In this document: one piece after another, positions 15,967 to 27,092 of the stretch
How positions within the stretch are numbered: position 1 is the first letter of the stretch
How the letters are laid out: the number at the start of each line of letters is the position of its first letter
DNA from: a virus
DNA length: 34,947 nt
Strand: one strand, 5' to 3'
UHGV virus genome: UHGV-0108399
Program-made: the position numbers and the translations under genes
Notes under the pieces: generated by a model
Database searches by the model: none
Told to the model about the DNA's origin: nothing
The model's input: only the letters and a program-made list of their open reading frames with translations

Positions 15967-16481
15967 GCATAAGAGAGCTAAATCTCACCAAAGAACAGCA
16001 CGAGTGGCTGAATGGCTGGCTTGAACTGTGGGGCGCATGGGTTTATTCAGGTCGTCTGGAAAAGCGCATGAGCAGCGTAATAGCGAAGTTCATGGAGAGC
16101 GTAGAGCCGGGAAGAGTTATGACAAGGCCAATGTGTAATGATGATGATGGAATGTTGATTTCTCAGGTCGTCGATTCCGTCATGTACATTGACAAGAAAG
16201 CCTTTGGCATCCTCCTCAGCTACTACGCTCATGGTTCATCTAAGCGAGCAATTGCATCCTACTATCACGCGACTGCAAAGCCACGCAAGATGTGTGGACG
16301 TGGTGGCGATGGATGGAGAAAACCTTCACTGGCAACCTGTAGAAACGAAATTGACGACATCCTGAAAGCGTCGTTATTTGTTTTGTACCAACCAATGCAA
16401 AATGCTTTCAAAATGCGTAAACGTGTTGAGAAAGTTAAGCATGTTGCTGTTAAGAGCCTTGACATGCAATTATCCATTTAG
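15963..16481 (+). CDS. Q: Late-gene antiterminator Q (non-lambda type)
   Basis: 172 aa; between ninH and the late promoter and lysis cassette; resembles the Phage_antitermQ family by memory. Confidence 0.65.
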   Translation: MSIRELNLTKEQHEWLNGWLELWGAWVYSGRLEKRMSSVIAKFMESVEPGRVMTRPMCNDDDGMLISQVVDSVMYIDKKAFGILLSYYAHGSSKRAIASYYHATAKPRKMCGRGGDGWRKPSLATCRNEIDDILKASLFVLYQPMQNAFKMRKRVEKVKHVAVKSLDMQLSI

Positions 16482-16488
16482 CCATAAT
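16459..16488 (+). promoter_or_regulatory. Late promoter pR' (-35 TTGACA 16459..16464, 18-nt spacer, -10 CATAAT 16483..16488)
   Basis: Consensus -35 hexamer overlapping the 3' end of Q; predicted start about 16495; the qut site is presumed to overlap. Confidence 0.5.
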
Positions 16489-16498
16489 TAGAAGGTAA

Positions 16499-16540
16499 GC
16501 TGCCGTTAGTGACTCTTAAGTTGCAACGGTGGCTTTTTTT
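16499..16540 (+). terminator. tR'-like intrinsic terminator (9-bp stem with two G-U pairs, followed by T7 run)
   Basis: GCTGCCGTT ... AACGGTGGC-TTTTTTT immediately downstream of the predicted pR' start, giving a short terminated late transcript unless Q-modified. Confidence 0.55.
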
Positions 16541-17078
16541 GTTTGCACAACAGGTAAGAGCATTGAACCCGCAGACCTCGCGGAATTGGTTAAAGGTGCC
16601 GCGCAGTGCTCTTATCGTTGTGGTGAATACGCAGGCTGATGCGTTAATCAGGTGAACGAGATACCCGCCGGTCCGTGATATGGCACACCGTGCCGGTCAT
16701 ATCTGCCGCGGTTAGGTTTACGAGGATTTCGTAAAGCTGGTCTAGGGTGAAGCCGTGAAAGCGGAGGAAGTAAAACGAGGCGTCGGTACACGCCTATCGT
16801 CATTAAGTCGGAGTTCAGCACCGACCGCCACAACCCAAACTGAGCCGTAGCCACTGGCTGTCCTGAATTCATCAGTGATAGTTATGCTGCGGCCTTCTAC
16901 ACATGATCTTCGTGAAAGCGGGCGGCATGAGGTTGCGCTAACAACCTCCTGCCGTTTTGCCCGTGCATATCGGTCACGAACAAATCTGATTACTAAACAC
17001 AGTAGCCTGGATTTGTTCTATCAGTAATCGACCTTATTCCTAATTAAATAGAGCAAATCCCCTTATTGGGGGTAAGAC

Positions 17079-17402
17079 ATGAAGATGCCAGAAAAACATG
17101 ACCTGTTAGCCGCCATTCTCGCGGCAAAGGAACAAGGCATCGGGGCAATCCTTGCGTTTGCAATGGCGTACCTTCGCGGCAGATATAATGGCGGTGCGTT
17201 TACAAAAACAGTAATCGACGCAACGATGTGCGCCATTATCGCCTGGTTCATTCGTGACCTTCTCGACTTCGCCGGACTAAGTAGCAATCTCGCTTATATA
17301 ACGAGCGTGTTCATCGGCTACATCGGTACTGACTCGATTGGTTCGCTTATCAAACGCTTCGCTGCTAAAAAAGCCGGAGTAGAAGATGGTGGAAATCAAT
17401 AA
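17079..17402 (+). CDS. S: Holin (lambda S, class I; dual-start S107/S105)
   Basis: 107 aa, essentially identical to lambda S as I recall it ([41 protein letters not shown]...). Confidence 0.9.
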   Translation: MKMPEKHDLLAAILAAKEQGIGAILAFAMAYLRGRYNGGAFTKTVIDATMCAIIAWFIRDLLDFAGLSSNLAYITSVFIGYIGTDSIGSLIKRFAAKKAGVEDGGNQ

Positions 17403-17862
17403 TCAACGTAAGGCGTTCCTCGATATGCTGGCGTGGTCAGAGGGAACAGATAACGGACGACAGAAAACCAGAAATCACGGTTATGACGTCATTGTTGGCG
17501 GAGAGCTATTCACTGATTACTCAGATCACCCTCGCAAACTTGTCACGCTAAACCCCAAACTCAAATCAACAGCAGCCGGACGTTACCAGCTTCTTTCCCG
17601 TTGGTGGGATGCCTATCGTAAGCAGCTTGGCCTGAAAGACTTCTCTCCGAAAAGCCAGGACGCTGTGGCACTGCAACAGATTAAAGAACGTGGCGCTTTA
17701 CCGATGATTGATCGCGGTGATATTCGTCAGGCTATCGACCGTTGCAGCAATATCTGGGCTTCACTGCCTGGCGCTGGTTATGGTCAGTTCGAGCATAAGG
17801 CTGACAGCCTGATAGCAAAATTCAAAGAAGCAGGCGGAACGGTCAGAGAGATTGAGGTATGA
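17386..17862 (+). CDS. R: Endolysin (lambda R lytic transglycosylase)
   Basis: 158 aa, near-identical to lambda R ([42 protein letters not shown]...). Confidence 0.9.
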   Translation: MVEINNQRKAFLDMLAWSEGTDNGRQKTRNHGYDVIVGGELFTDYSDHPRKLVTLNPKLKSTAAGRYQLLSRWWDAYRKQLGLKDFSPKSQDAVALQQIKERGALPMIDRGDIRQAIDRCSNIWASLPGAGYGQFEHKADSLIAKFKEAGGTVREIEV

Positions 17863-18296
17863 GCAGGGTCACCGCGATTATCTCCGCTCTGGTTATCTGC
17901 ATCATTGTCTGCCTTTCATGGGCTGTTAATCATTACCGTGATAACGCCATCGCCTACAAAGAGCAGCGCGATAAGGCCGCATCCACAATTGCTGACATGC
18001 AGAAGCGTCAACGTGATGTAGCAGAACTCGACGCCAGATACACAAAGGAGCTTGCTGATGCTAACGAGACTATCGAAAGTCTCCGTGCTGATGTTTCTGC
18101 TGGGCGTAAGCGCCTGCAAGTCGCCGCCACCTGTGCAAAGTCAACGACCGGAGCCAGCAGCATGGGCGATGGAGAAAGCCCAAGACTTACAGCAGATGCT
18201 GAACTCAATTATTACCGTCTCAGAAGTGGAATCGATAGGATAACCGCGCAGGTTAACTACCTGCAGGAGTACATCAGGACGCAATGCCTTCGATGA
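17859..18296 (+). CDS. Rz: Inner-membrane spanin Rz
   Basis: 145 aa; N-terminus identical to lambda Rz ([31 protein letters not shown]), coiled-coil central region. Confidence 0.85.
   Translation: MSRVTAIISALVICIIVCLSWAVNHYRDNAIAYKEQRDKAASTIADMQKRQRDVAELDARYTKELADANETIESLRADVSAGRKRLQVAATCAKSTTGASSMGDGESPRLTADAELNYYRLRSGIDRITAQVNYLQEYIRTQCLR
18052..18243 (+). CDS. Rz1: Outer-membrane lipoprotein spanin Rz1 (embedded in Rz, +1 frame)
   Basis: Signal peptide with lipobox (LLGVSAC) and proline-rich mature region; fully nested in Rz; true start probably the ATG at about 18058. Confidence 0.7.
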   Translation: MLMLTRLSKVSVLMFLLGVSACKSPPPVQSQRPEPAAWAMEKAQDLQQMLNSIITVSEVESIG

Positions 18297-18470
18297 TAGC
18301 GATAATTTTACTCATCATCCTTCACATCTGGCTCTGTAGGCAGGATGGTGAACACTTCTGGAGTGAATCCAGATTAAACATCTCATTGCTGATGCTTGAT
18401 ATTGAGCATATGGCGCGCGGTAAGGGGCTGCGTTGAGATAAGAGCCAGTTCATTACAAATACCAGGATTT

Positions 18471-18496
18471 AGCCTCGCATTTGCGGGGCTTTTTAT
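18471..18496 (+). terminator. Terminator-like hairpin after the lysis cassette (AGCCUCGC-AUUU-GCGGGGCU followed by TTTTTATT)
   Basis: 8-bp stem including one G-U pair, followed by a T-run, about 175 nt after the Rz stop. Confidence 0.4.
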
Positions 18497-18518
18497 TCCC
18501 AACTGCATAGGTAATTTT

Positions 18519-18998
18519 ATGACCCAGCATATTGGCGTAAAACTGATTAACGCCTTTCCGATGACGAGACAGGCATATAACGATTTTCGTGGCTGGCAGC
18601 TTCCTGCCGGAGAAAACGGCGAGGACGAAGGCTATCTGGTTGAATATCTGGATGGCGGAAAACCTAACACCGATCGCTTTGATGGCTACGTTAGCTGGAG
18701 TCCAAAAGAAGTATTCGAAAAGGCTTATCGTCCGGTATCAGGACTAAGTTTCGGCCTTGCCATGGAAGCGTTAAAACAGGGCAAAAGTTTGCAGCGGGCA
18801 GGATGGAATGGGAAAGACCAGTTTGTTTATCTCGTGAAAGGGGAAAAATTAGCGTCTGCGTTGGGTTATGGCTTTGGCGAATATGTTGGCGAGTCAACTT
18901 TCAATGACACGCTTGTATTGAAAAACTCACAGAACCGCCTTGCTACATGGGTTCCATCCATTGGCGACCTGATGGCTGAAGACTGGCAAATCATTTAA
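18519..18998 (+). CDS. DUF2829-like phage protein with extra N-terminal domain (159 aa)
   Basis: C-terminal half (AMEALKQGKSLQRAGWNGKDQFVYLVKGEK ... LATWVPSIGDLMAEDWQII) resembles the DUF2829 signature. The track ORF start 18396 spans the upstream hairpin, so the internal ATG is preferred. Confidence 0.5.
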   Translation: MTQHIGVKLINAFPMTRQAYNDFRGWQLPAGENGEDEGYLVEYLDGGKPNTDRFDGYVSWSPKEVFEKAYRPVSGLSFGLAMEALKQGKSLQRAGWNGKDQFVYLVKGEKLASALGYGFGEYVGESTFNDTLVLKNSQNRLATWVPSIGDLMAEDWQII

Positions 18999-19231
18999 CC
19001 ATGTAGGCATTACAAAGCCTATCTACGGGTGGGCTTGATAATGAAACCGGAATTTATTCTGGGCAACCAGTTACGGCAGTACCGCGAAACAACCCAAGCC
19101 AGTAAGTGGGGAAATAACACTGGCAGCCACTGAAAGATGAACCTCCAGCCTTATGGCAAAAAAGATTCTTTGTGGTGGCGGACTGATGGAAAGACATCCT
19201 AATCAAGCAACCACTCCACAGGGTCATAATT

Positions 19232-19588
19232 ATGAACGACCAGCAAATCGAAAAAGAAATCGTTGAGAAAGGCAAAACGGCACCGCGCGTTACGCCCCAA
19301 TATATCGAAAGCATCATTCTTGAAGAGCATTTCTTTACTGCTTATGACGGTATTCGTGCCGCCAATATGGGCGTTGGCGATGCGTGGACAGCGCATAAAT
19401 CTACAGACCTCCTTACTTTCTGCGTACTGGTGCTGAAGAATGGCTTCACCGTCACCGGAGAGAGTGCCTGTGCAAGCCCGGAAAACTTTGATGCAGAAAT
19501 TGGTCGGAAGATTGCCCGGCAAAATGCTGTAAACAAAATCTGGATGCTCGAAGGTTACTTGCTGAAGCAGAAGCTAAGCGAACAGTAG
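19232..19588 (+). CDS. Hypothetical conserved phage protein (118 aa)
   Basis: Track ORF between the lysis cassette and terS; no confident family assignment. Confidence 0.45.
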   Translation: MNDQQIEKEIVEKGKTAPRVTPQYIESIILEEHFFTAYDGIRAANMGVGDAWTAHKSTDLLTFCVLVLKNGFTVTGESACASPENFDAEIGRKIARQNAVNKIWMLEGYLLKQKLSEQ

Positions 19589-19691
19589 TTATTACAAAAG
19601 CCATTCCTTACTGAGTGGCTTTGACAATGGCTTATACCCTACACGGGATAACTTAACTGATATCCCTTTTAACGGATAAACGGAGCCAACA

Positions 19692-19934
19692 ATGGCAGAG
19701 ATTATTCCCATGACTGAAGAACAGAAATTCCAGTTAGAGATTTACAAGCTGGTCATGAACCAGAACGCAGCAGCAGAGGAAGCATTTCAGTTCATTGGCA
19801 CTGACGAGCTGAAGCTTGAGCTATTCAAAATTCACTTCCAGTCAGGTGGCGCTAATTCAGATATCACGACCCGCACAATCGAAGCGGTGCGTAAATCGAA
19901 GGAAGCGTTAGACCTGTTCACCACCGGAGCATGA
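19692..19934 (+). CDS. Hypothetical protein (80 aa)
   Basis: Track ORF immediately upstream of terS. Confidence 0.45.
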   Translation: MAEIIPMTEEQKFQLEIYKLVMNQNAAAEEAFQFIGTDELKLELFKIHFQSGGANSDITTRTIEAVRKSKEALDLFTTGA

Positions 19935-19969
19935 TGCTCAACCTGAAATAACAACTAAGTGAGATGAAT

Positions 19970-20458
19970 ATGGCAGCACCAAAGGGCAACCGATTTTGGG
20001 AGGCCCGCAGTAGTCATGGGCGAAATCCTAAATTCGAATCGCCTGAGGCGCTGTGGGCTGCTTGTTGTGAATACTTCGAGTGGGTAGAAGCTAACCCGCT
20101 ATGGGAGATGAAGGCGTTCTCGTATCAGGGTGAAGTGATACAAGAGCCTATCGCCAAGATGCGAGCGATGACTATTACAGGCCTCACTCTGTTCATTGAT
20201 GTGACGCTTGAAACATGGCGCACATATCGCCTGCGAGAAGATTTATCTGAAGTCGTTACGCGAGCAGAGCAGGTCATCTACGACCAGAAATTCTCTGGCG
20301 CAGCCGCTGACCTTCTCAACGCTAACATCATCGCCCGTGATTTGGGCCTCAAAGAGCAGTCGCAAGTTGAAGACGTGACACCTGATAAGGGAGATCGCGA
20401 TAAGCGGCGCTCTCGTATCAAGGAGCTTTTCAACCGTGGAACTGGACGCGATTCTTGA
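19970..20458 (+). CDS. Terminase small subunit (P22 gp3-like)
   Basis: 162 aa from [29 protein letters not shown]...; immediately upstream of and overlapping terL; the track ORF begins two codons earlier (19964). Confidence 0.75.
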   Translation: MAAPKGNRFWEARSSHGRNPKFESPEALWAACCEYFEWVEANPLWEMKAFSYQGEVIQEPIAKMRAMTITGLTLFIDVTLETWRTYRLREDLSEVVTRAEQVIYDQKFSGAAADLLNANIIARDLGLKEQSQVEDVTPDKGDRDKRRSRIKELFNRGTGRDS

Positions 20459-21935
20459 TAACCTGAGCGACGAAGAGCAAATCGAATTGCTCGAACTACT
20501 CGAAGAAGAAGAGAACTACCGGAACACACACCTGCTATATGAATTTACGCCATACAGCAAACAGCGTGAGTTCATCGACGCCGGGTATGACTATCCAGAG
20601 CGATGTTTTATGGCTGGTAACCAGCTTGGCAAGTCATTTACTGGTGCTGCTGAAGTCGCGTTTCACCTTACCGGGCGTTATCCTGGCACAAAAGGCTATC
20701 CTGCTGATGGTAAATATGGCGGTGAGTGGAAAGGTAAGCGTTTCTATGAGCCTGTTGTCTTCTGGATTGGTGGCGAGACAAACGAGACGGTAACCAAAAC
20801 GACTCAACGCATCCTGTGCGGTCGTATCGAAGAGAATGATGAGCCAGGCTACGGTTCCATACCGAAAGAGGACATCATTAGCTGGAAGAAGTCTCCTTTC
20901 TTTCCGAACCTTGTTGATCATCTTCTGGTTAAGCATCACACGGCTGATGGCGTTGAAGATGGCATTTCAATCTGCTACTTCAAGCCATACTCGCAAGGCC
21001 GCGCTCGCTGGCAGGGTGACACAATCCACGGCGTGTGGTTTGACGAAGAGCCACCATACAGCATTTATGGCGAAGGGCTTACCCGTACCAACAAATACGG
21101 GCAATTCTCAATTCTGACGTTTACCCCGCTGATGGGTATGTCTGACGTTGTTACCAAGTTCCTGAAGAATCCCAGCAAGTCGCAGAAAGTGGTCAACATG
21201 ACCATCTATGACGCTGAGCACTATACCGACGAGCAGAAAGAGCAAATCATCGCATCCTATCCTGAGCATGAGAGAGAGGCGCGTGCTCGCGGTATTCCTA
21301 CGATGGGTAGCGGTCGAATCTTCCAGATACCGGAAGAGACGATTAAGTGCCAGCCGTTCGAGTGTCCTGATCACTTCTACGTAATTGGCGGGATGGATTT
21401 CGGATGGGATCACCCGCAGGCGCAGGTTCAGCTTTGGTGGGATAAGGACGCAGACACAATCTACGTTTCACGCGTGTGGAAGGCGAAAGAAAAAACAGCC
21501 GTTCAGGCGTGGGGAGCAGTTAAATCATGGGCGCATAAAGTGCCAACCGCATGGCCTCATGACGGAAACCAGCACGAGAAGGGCGGCGGTGAGCAGCTTA
21601 AAGGGCAGTACGCGGAAGCTGGTTTTATGATGTTGCAGGAGCATGCGACATGGCCTGATGGCGGTAATGCTGTTGAGCCTGGCATCACTGAATTGCGAGA
21701 CATGATGCTCGATGGCCGCTTCAAAGTATTCAACACCTGTGAGCCATTCTTTGAGGAGTTCCGCCTCTATCACCGTGATGAAAACGGGAAGATCGTCAAG
21801 CTTAACGACGACGTTCTCTCAGCCGTTCGCTATGCATACATGATGCGCCGCTTCGCCAAAATGATGCGCGACATCAAAAAACCAAAAGAGAAAAAGATAC
21901 CAGCCCCAATCAGGCCCATCGCACGGAGAACTTAA
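20436..21935 (+). CDS. Terminase large subunit (P22 gp2-like), GTG start
   Basis: 499 aa, same length as P22 gp2; AAGGAG RBS before GTG; C-terminal nuclease-like region. Confidence 0.9.
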   Translation: MELDAILDNLSDEEQIELLELLEEEENYRNTHLLYEFTPYSKQREFIDAGYDYPERCFMAGNQLGKSFTGAAEVAFHLTGRYPGTKGYPADGKYGGEWKGKRFYEPVVFWIGGETNETVTKTTQRILCGRIEENDEPGYGSIPKEDIISWKKSPFFPNLVDHLLVKHHTADGVEDGISICYFKPYSQGRARWQGDTIHGVWFDEEPPYSIYGEGLTRTNKYGQFSILTFTPLMGMSDVVTKFLKNPSKSQKVVNMTIYDAEHYTDEQKEQIIASYPEHEREARARGIPTMGSGRIFQIPEETIKCQPFECPDHFYVIGGMDFGWDHPQAQVQLWWDKDADTIYVSRVWKAKEKTAVQAWGAVKSWAHKVPTAWPHDGNQHEKGGGEQLKGQYAEAGFMMLQEHATWPDGGNAVEPGITELRDMMLDGRFKVFNTCEPFFEEFRLYHRDENGKIVKLNDDVLSAVRYAYMMRRFAKMMRDIKKPKEKKIPAPIRPIARRT

Positions 21936-24101
21936 ATGGCCGACGAAAACAGACTCAATTCCATTCTGTGTAAGTTTGACGCAGACTGGATGGCGAGCGA
22001 TGAAGCCAGAACCGAGGCGACAAATGACCTGTATTTTAGCCGAGTGTCGCAATGGGATGACTGGCTATCAAACTACACCACCCTGCAATATCGCGGACAA
22101 TTCGATGTTGTTCGCCCGGTGGTCAGGAAGCTGGTCGCAGAGATGCGCCGGAACCCTATCGACGTTCTCTTCCGACCCAAAGATGGCGCTAATCCTGATG
22201 CAGCCGATGTGTTGATGGGGATGTATCGTACTGATATGCGCCATAACACGGCAAAGATTGCCGTTAACGTTGGCGTTCGTGAGCAGATAGAGTCCGGCGT
22301 TGGTGCATGGCGTCTGGTCACACAGTACGAAGACAACGACCCAACAAGCAACAATCAGGTAATCCGACGCCTGCCAATCCATGAAGCCTGCTCACACGTC
22401 ATATGGGACGCCAACAGCAAGCAGATGGATAAGAGCGACGCTAAGCACTGCACGGTGATTAACGCTTTGTCACGCAATGGCTGGAAAGAGTTCGCAGAGG
22501 ATTACGGTATTGATCCGGATACCTTGCCATCTTTCCAGAATCCGAACGATACATGGCTGTTCCCTTGGGTATCGAATGATGTCGTCTACGTCGCTGAGTA
22601 TTACGAGGTCGAAGAGAAGAAAGAGAAAGTCTTCATCTACCGCGACCCGCTGACAGGTGAGCCGGTCAGCTATTACCAGCAGGATATCAAAGACGTCATC
22701 GACGACCTGGCTAATCGTGGATTCATTAAGGTAGCAGAGCGCAAGGTGAAGCGTCGGCGTGTGTATAAGTCGATCATCACCTGTACGCAGATACTGAAAG
22801 ACCGCGAGAAGATAGCCGGAGAGCATATTCCAATCGTTCCAGTGTATGGTGAATGGTCATTCGCTGGTGACAAGGAGTGCTACGAAGGAGTGGTAAGGCT
22901 GACGAAAGACGGTCAACGCCTTCGTAACATGATCATGTCGTTCAACGCCGATATTGTTGCTCGTTCACCGAAGAAGAAACCTACCTTCTTCCCTGAGCAA
23001 ATCGAAGGCTACGAATACATGTACGGTGGAAATGATGACTATCCGTACTATCTGCAGAACAGGACCGATGAAAACGGTAACGACCTGCCGATTGGTCCAA
23101 TCTCCTACATGGAAAACCCTGAAGTGCCGCAAGCCAACGCTTACATGCTTGAGGCTGCCACCAACGCAGTGAAAGAGGTGGCTAGTCTTGGCGTTGATGC
23201 GCAGGCAGCAAACTCTCAGGTCGCTTTCGATACCGTCAATCAACTGAACATGCGGGCAGACCTTGAGACATACGTGTTTCAGGATAACCTGGCTACCGCA
23301 ATGCGACGTGATGGCGAGATTTATGCCTCAATGGTAAACGATATTTATGACGTTCCTCGTCATGTAACGCTGACACTTGAAGATGGAAGCGAGAAAGACG
23401 TTCAACTCTATGCGCAAGTTGTCGATTACCAGTCTGGCAATGTGGTCACACTCAACGACATTCGCGGTCGATATGAGTGCTATACAGACGTTGGGCCATC
23501 CTTCCAGAGTATGAAGGAACAGAACCGCGCAGAGATTCAGGAGTTGCTAACCAAGGTTCCGCAAGGTACTCCAGAGTTCCAGATGCTGATGCTGCAATAC
23601 TTCACGCTGCTTGACGGTAAAGGCGTCGAGATGATGCGAGAGTACGCGAACAAGCAACTGGTGATGATGGGGCTGAAGAAACCAGAAACACCTGAAGAGA
23701 TGGAGATGGTACAGCAGGCTCAACAGCAGCCGCAGCAGCCATCAGCAGAGCAAATTCAGGCGCAGGGCATCCTTCTGCAAGGTCAGGCTGAATTGCTCAA
23801 GGCAGAGAACCAACAGGCGCAGATTCAGGTTGAAGCCGCCAAGGTTGAAGCCCAAAACCAACTCAACGCCGCGAAGATTGCAGAAATCTTCAACAATATG
23901 GACCTCGACAAGCAGGCAGAACTGCGTGAGTACCTCAAGCTCGTAGGTCAATTCCAGCAACAGCGCAGCAAGGACGCTCGTGCTAACGCTGAGCTGCTTC
24001 TTAAAGATGCAGACCAGACTCATTCACAACGCATGGATTTCGCGAATCTTATGCGTCAAGTTCAAATCCCCTCCGGCGGAGTAGCCGAGACACCTCAATA
24101 A
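21936..24101 (+). CDS. Portal protein (P22 gp1-like)
   Basis: 721 aa with long Q-rich C-terminal helical region, as in the P22 portal; position after terL. Confidence 0.9.
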   Translation: MADENRLNSILCKFDADWMASDEARTEATNDLYFSRVSQWDDWLSNYTTLQYRGQFDVVRPVVRKLVAEMRRNPIDVLFRPKDGANPDAADVLMGMYRTDMRHNTAKIAVNVGVREQIESGVGAWRLVTQYEDNDPTSNNQVIRRLPIHEACSHVIWDANSKQMDKSDAKHCTVINALSRNGWKEFAEDYGIDPDTLPSFQNPNDTWLFPWVSNDVVYVAEYYEVEEKKEKVFIYRDPLTGEPVSYYQQDIKDVIDDLANRGFIKVAERKVKRRRVYKSIITCTQILKDREKIAGEHIPIVPVYGEWSFAGDKECYEGVVRLTKDGQRLRNMIMSFNADIVARSPKKKPTFFPEQIEGYEYMYGGNDDYPYYLQNRTDENGNDLPIGPISYMENPEVPQANAYMLEAATNAVKEVASLGVDAQAANSQVAFDTVNQLNMRADLETYVFQDNLATAMRRDGEIYASMVNDIYDVPRHVTLTLEDGSEKDVQLYAQVVDYQSGNVVTLNDIRGRYECYTDVGPSFQSMKEQNRAEIQELLTKVPQGTPEFQMLMLQYFTLLDGKGVEMMREYANKQLVMMGLKKPETPEEMEMVQQAQQQPQQPSAEQIQAQGILLQGQAELLKAENQQAQIQVEAAKVEAQNQLNAAKIAEIFNNMDLDKQAELREYLKLVGQFQQQRSKDARANAELLLKDADQTHSQRMDFANLMRQVQIPSGGVAETPQ

Positions 24102-24114
24102 GAGAGAGTTAATC

Positions 24115-25026
24115 ATGGACCAAACCACCGACATTCAGGCTTCTGAAGAATTAACCCTGCCCGGCAATCATGCAGCGGCATCTGCTGATGGCTTAGTTGT
24201 CGATAATGCCAACGACAACGCAGGTCAGGAAGAAGGCTTCGAGATTGTCCTGAAAGACGATGAGAAACCAAAACAAGACCCGGCAACTAATGCTGAATTT
24301 GCCCGTCGCCGCATCGAACGCAAACGCCAGCGTGAGCTTGAGCAGCAGATGGAAGCGGTTAAGCGAGGGGAGTTGCCGGAGCACCTGCGGGTGAACCCTG
24401 AGTTACCAAAACAACCAGACCCTAACGATTATCTTTCCGAAGACGCACTGGCTAAGTACGACTATGACCAGAGCCGCGCACTGGCTGCCTTCCAGCAGGC
24501 AAACAGTGAATGGCAGATCAAGGCTATGGACGCACGAAGCCAGGCTGTCGCCGAGCAGGGCCGCAAAACTCAGGAGTTCACCCAGCAATCAGCGCAATAC
24601 GTCGAGGCAGCCCGTAAGCACTACGACGCAGCGGAAAAGCTCAATATCCCTGACTATCAGGAGAAAGAGGACGCATTCATGCAACTGGTGCCGCCAGCAG
24701 TCGGTGCCGACATCATGCGCCTCTTCCCGGAGAAATCCGCTGCACTCATGTATCACCTTGGTGCTAATCCTGAGAAAACACGCCAGTTGCTGGCGATGGA
24801 CGGGCAATCCGCGCTGATTGAACTCACTCGACTGTCAGAACGTTTAACTCTCAAGCCTCGAGCCAAACCTGTTTCAGAAGCCCCGCTACCTGATGAACCC
24901 ATTCAGGGACACGCTGTTGCTGCAAATATCTCTGCGATTGAAAAGCAGATGGAAGCGGCAGCAAACAAAGGGGATGTAGAGACGTACCGCAAGCTCAAGG
25001 CGCAACTGAATAAAGGAATTCGATAA
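24115..25026 (+). CDS. Scaffolding protein (P22 gp8-like)
   Basis: 303 aa, same length as P22 gp8; acidic and helical; C-terminus [12 protein letters not shown] resembles the coat-binding helix-turn-helix. Confidence 0.85.
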   Translation: MDQTTDIQASEELTLPGNHAAASADGLVVDNANDNAGQEEGFEIVLKDDEKPKQDPATNAEFARRRIERKRQRELEQQMEAVKRGELPEHLRVNPELPKQPDPNDYLSEDALAKYDYDQSRALAAFQQANSEWQIKAMDARSQAVAEQGRKTQEFTQQSAQYVEAARKHYDAAEKLNIPDYQEKEDAFMQLVPPAVGADIMRLFPEKSAALMYHLGANPEKTRQLLAMDGQSALIELTRLSERLTLKPRAKPVSEAPLPDEPIQGHAVAANISAIEKQMEAAANKGDVETYRKLKAQLNKGIR

Positions 25027-26321
25027 TGGCATTAAATGAAGGTCAACTGGTCACGTATGCTCTGGATGAAATCATCGAAACCGTCCAGAACCTGACGCCA
25101 ATGGCGTCCAAAGTGACAAAATACACCCCTCCGGCAGAATCCATGCAGCGTTCAAGCAACACCGTGTGGATGCCTGTTGAGCAGGAAGCGCCAACCCAGA
25201 CTGGCTGGGATTTAACTGGCAAAGCTACTGGGATTCTGGAACTCTCCGTGAAATGCAACATGGGTGATCCGGATAACGATTTCTTCGAGCTTCGTGCAGA
25301 TGACCTGCGTGATGAGCGTTCTTACCGTCGCCGCATCCAGGCATCCGCCAAAAAACTGGCGAATAACATTGAGTCAGCAATTGCCAAACAGGCAACCGAA
25401 ATGGGCTCACTTGTTGTTCACGATACCCGCGCAATTGGTCCATCTACTGGCCTGTCTGGCTGGGATTTTGTGTCTGATGCAGAGCGCCTGATGTTCTCCC
25501 GTGAGCTAAACCGCGATATGGGCATCAGTTACTTCCTGAACCCTGACGATTACCGCAAAGCAGGCCGCAACCTGGTAGATGGAGACATCTTTGGGCGCGT
25601 TCCTGAAGAAGCGTATCGCAACGGTACTATTCAGCGTCAGATTGCTGGCTTTGATGAAATTCTTCGCTCACCGAAACTTCCGGCAGTTACCAAGTCAACC
25701 GCTACTGGTGTAACTGTTTCTGGTGAGCAGAAGTTTAAGCCGCAGGCATACACCCTTGATACCGATGGTAACAAAGAGAACGTCGACAACCGTGTTGCAA
25801 CGGTGACCGTATCCTCCACCACCGGATTTAAGCGCGGCGACAAAATCAGCTTCACTGGTGTGAAATTCCTGTCTCAGATGGCGAAGAACGTGCTGACTGA
25901 TGACGCGACTTTCTCAATCACCCGTGTGATCGATGGTACTCACATCGAAATCACGCCGAAGCCGATTGCGCTTGATGACGCTTCACTGACAAAAGAAGAG
26001 AAGGCTTACGCTAACGTAAATACTTCTCTTGCTAATAACACTCCGGTAAACGTTCTGAACGTGGCAACAACCACCGCTAACGTGTTCTGGGCTGATGACT
26101 CAATCCGTCTGCTTTCTCAGCCGATCCCGGTAACCCATGAACTGTTTGCTGGCATGAAAACGTCTTCCTTCAGCATTCCAGGTATTGGTGTTAACGGCAT
26201 CTTCGCAACGCAGGGTGATATCAACACTCTGTCTGGTAAGTGCCGTATTGCTGTGTGGTATTCAGCATGTGCTGTACGACCAGAGGCAATTGGTGTTGGT
26301 CTGCCTAACCAGACCGCGTGA
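25026..26321 (+). CDS. Major coat protein (P22 gp5-like)
   Basis: 431 aa; extensive similarity to P22 coat protein throughout (MALNEGQ ... [10 protein letters not shown] ... IAVWY ... [13 protein letters not shown]). Confidence 0.9.
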   Translation: MALNEGQLVTYALDEIIETVQNLTPMASKVTKYTPPAESMQRSSNTVWMPVEQEAPTQTGWDLTGKATGILELSVKCNMGDPDNDFFELRADDLRDERSYRRRIQASAKKLANNIESAIAKQATEMGSLVVHDTRAIGPSTGLSGWDFVSDAERLMFSRELNRDMGISYFLNPDDYRKAGRNLVDGDIFGRVPEEAYRNGTIQRQIAGFDEILRSPKLPAVTKSTATGVTVSGEQKFKPQAYTLDTDGNKENVDNRVATVTVSSTTGFKRGDKISFTGVKFLSQMAKNVLTDDATFSITRVIDGTHIEITPKPIALDDASLTKEEKAYANVNTSLANNTPVNVLNVATTTANVFWADDSIRLLSQPIPVTHELFAGMKTSSFSIPGIGVNGIFATQGDINTLSGKCRIAVWYSACAVRPEAIGVGLPNQTA

Positions 26322-26365
26322 TAACCAGAGGGAGCTTCGGCTCCCTTTTCTATCTGGAGACAAGC

Positions 26366-26614
26366 ATGACACACATGATCTTTCGTCATGGCGACATGAA
26401 GAAGTGGAAAGGCGTTGGCTACGACTTTGAAATCGTGAAAGCCGAAGAGCTTCAGGAATATCTGGATGCTGGTTGGTTTTCACATCCTGATGACCTTTTG
26501 AAGGATGTTGCAGAGCCAGAGCCAGAGCCAGAGCCAGAGCCAGAAGAAAAACAGCGTAAAAAGCCTGGTCGAAAACCTAAGGCGGCAGCAGATGAACCTG
26601 ACAACGAAGGGTGA
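26366..26614 (+). CDS. Small protein with (EP)5 linker and basic C-terminal tail (82 aa)
   Basis: GGAGA RBS before the ATG at 26366; folded-looking N-terminal region, [10 protein letters not shown] encoded by a hexanucleotide repeat, then [13 protein letters not shown]. Confidence 0.45.
   Translation: MTHMIFRHGDMKKWKGVGYDFEIVKAEELQEYLDAGWFSHPDDLLKDVAEPEPEPEPEPEEKQRKKPGRKPKAAADEPDNEG
26513..26542 (+). repeat. Perfect tandem hexanucleotide repeat (GAGCCA)x5
   Basis: Directly visible at 26513..26542; gives repeat-amino-acid artefacts in several reading frames of the ORF track (SQSQ, GSGS, WLWL). Confidence 0.9.
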
Positions 26615-27092
26615 TTTAGTTCTTGCGGCATTACGTAAGCTCGGTGTGGCATCAAATGCCACGTTAACCGATGTCGAACCGCAGTCTATGGAAGACGGCG
26701 TCAACGACCTTGAAATGATGATGGCTGAATGGCTTGGCGGTGATGCGTCACCTGGTATCAACGTTGGCTACATTTTTGCTGATGCAGATGTTGCTCCGGA
26801 TCCGGGCGATGAGCACGGTTTATCAAATAACGCTATCAATGCCGTCATTTTCAACCTTGCCTGCCGAATTGCTCCAGATTATGCGCTGGAAGCGTCTGCA
26901 AAACTTATAACCACTGCCAGATACGGGAAAGAGCGACTCGTCAAACTGTCTGCAATGGACAGGGCAAAAGCAGCTAAATGTAAGTCCGGTTATCCAAACC
27001 GTATGCCTGTTGGTAGTGGTAACCAGTTTGCGAAGTGGAATGGTTGGAATTACTTCCACCGAAAGGAACCTTGCGATAACGGGAGCGAATAA
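26592..27092 (+). CDS. Head-completion / portal-closure protein (P22 gp4-like)
   Basis: 166 aa from [33 protein letters not shown]...; the track ORF start 26505 is a frame extension through the repeat. Confidence 0.8.
   Translation: MNLTTKGDLVLAALRKLGVASNATLTDVEPQSMEDGVNDLEMMMAEWLGGDASPGINVGYIFADADVAPDPGDEHGLSNNAINAVIFNLACRIAPDYALEASAKLITTARYGKERLVKLSAMDRAKAAKCKSGYPNRMPVGSGNQFAKWNGWNYFHRKEPCDNGSE

Noticed and set aside
16648-16872. 74-aa ORF on the minus strand in the late leader
   Set aside because: No RBS, Pro/Arg-rich low-complexity translation typical of GC-rich non-coding sequence, antisense to the late transcript.
18396-18518. N-terminal extension of the DUF2829-like ORF
   Set aside because: Spans the terminator-like hairpin and a non-coding-looking spacer; internal ATG at 18519 preferred, though its RBS is weak, so the start remains uncertain.
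19041-19133. 30-aa ORF (MKPEFILGNQLRQYRETTQASKWGNNTGSH) between the DUF2829-like gene and the next ORF
   Set aside because: No convincing RBS and very short; cannot be separated from chance.
26505-26591. N-terminal extension of the gp4 ORF ([15 protein letters not shown]...)
   Set aside because: Extension is created by reading the hexanucleotide repeat in another frame; gp4 homology begins at the internal ATG (26592).
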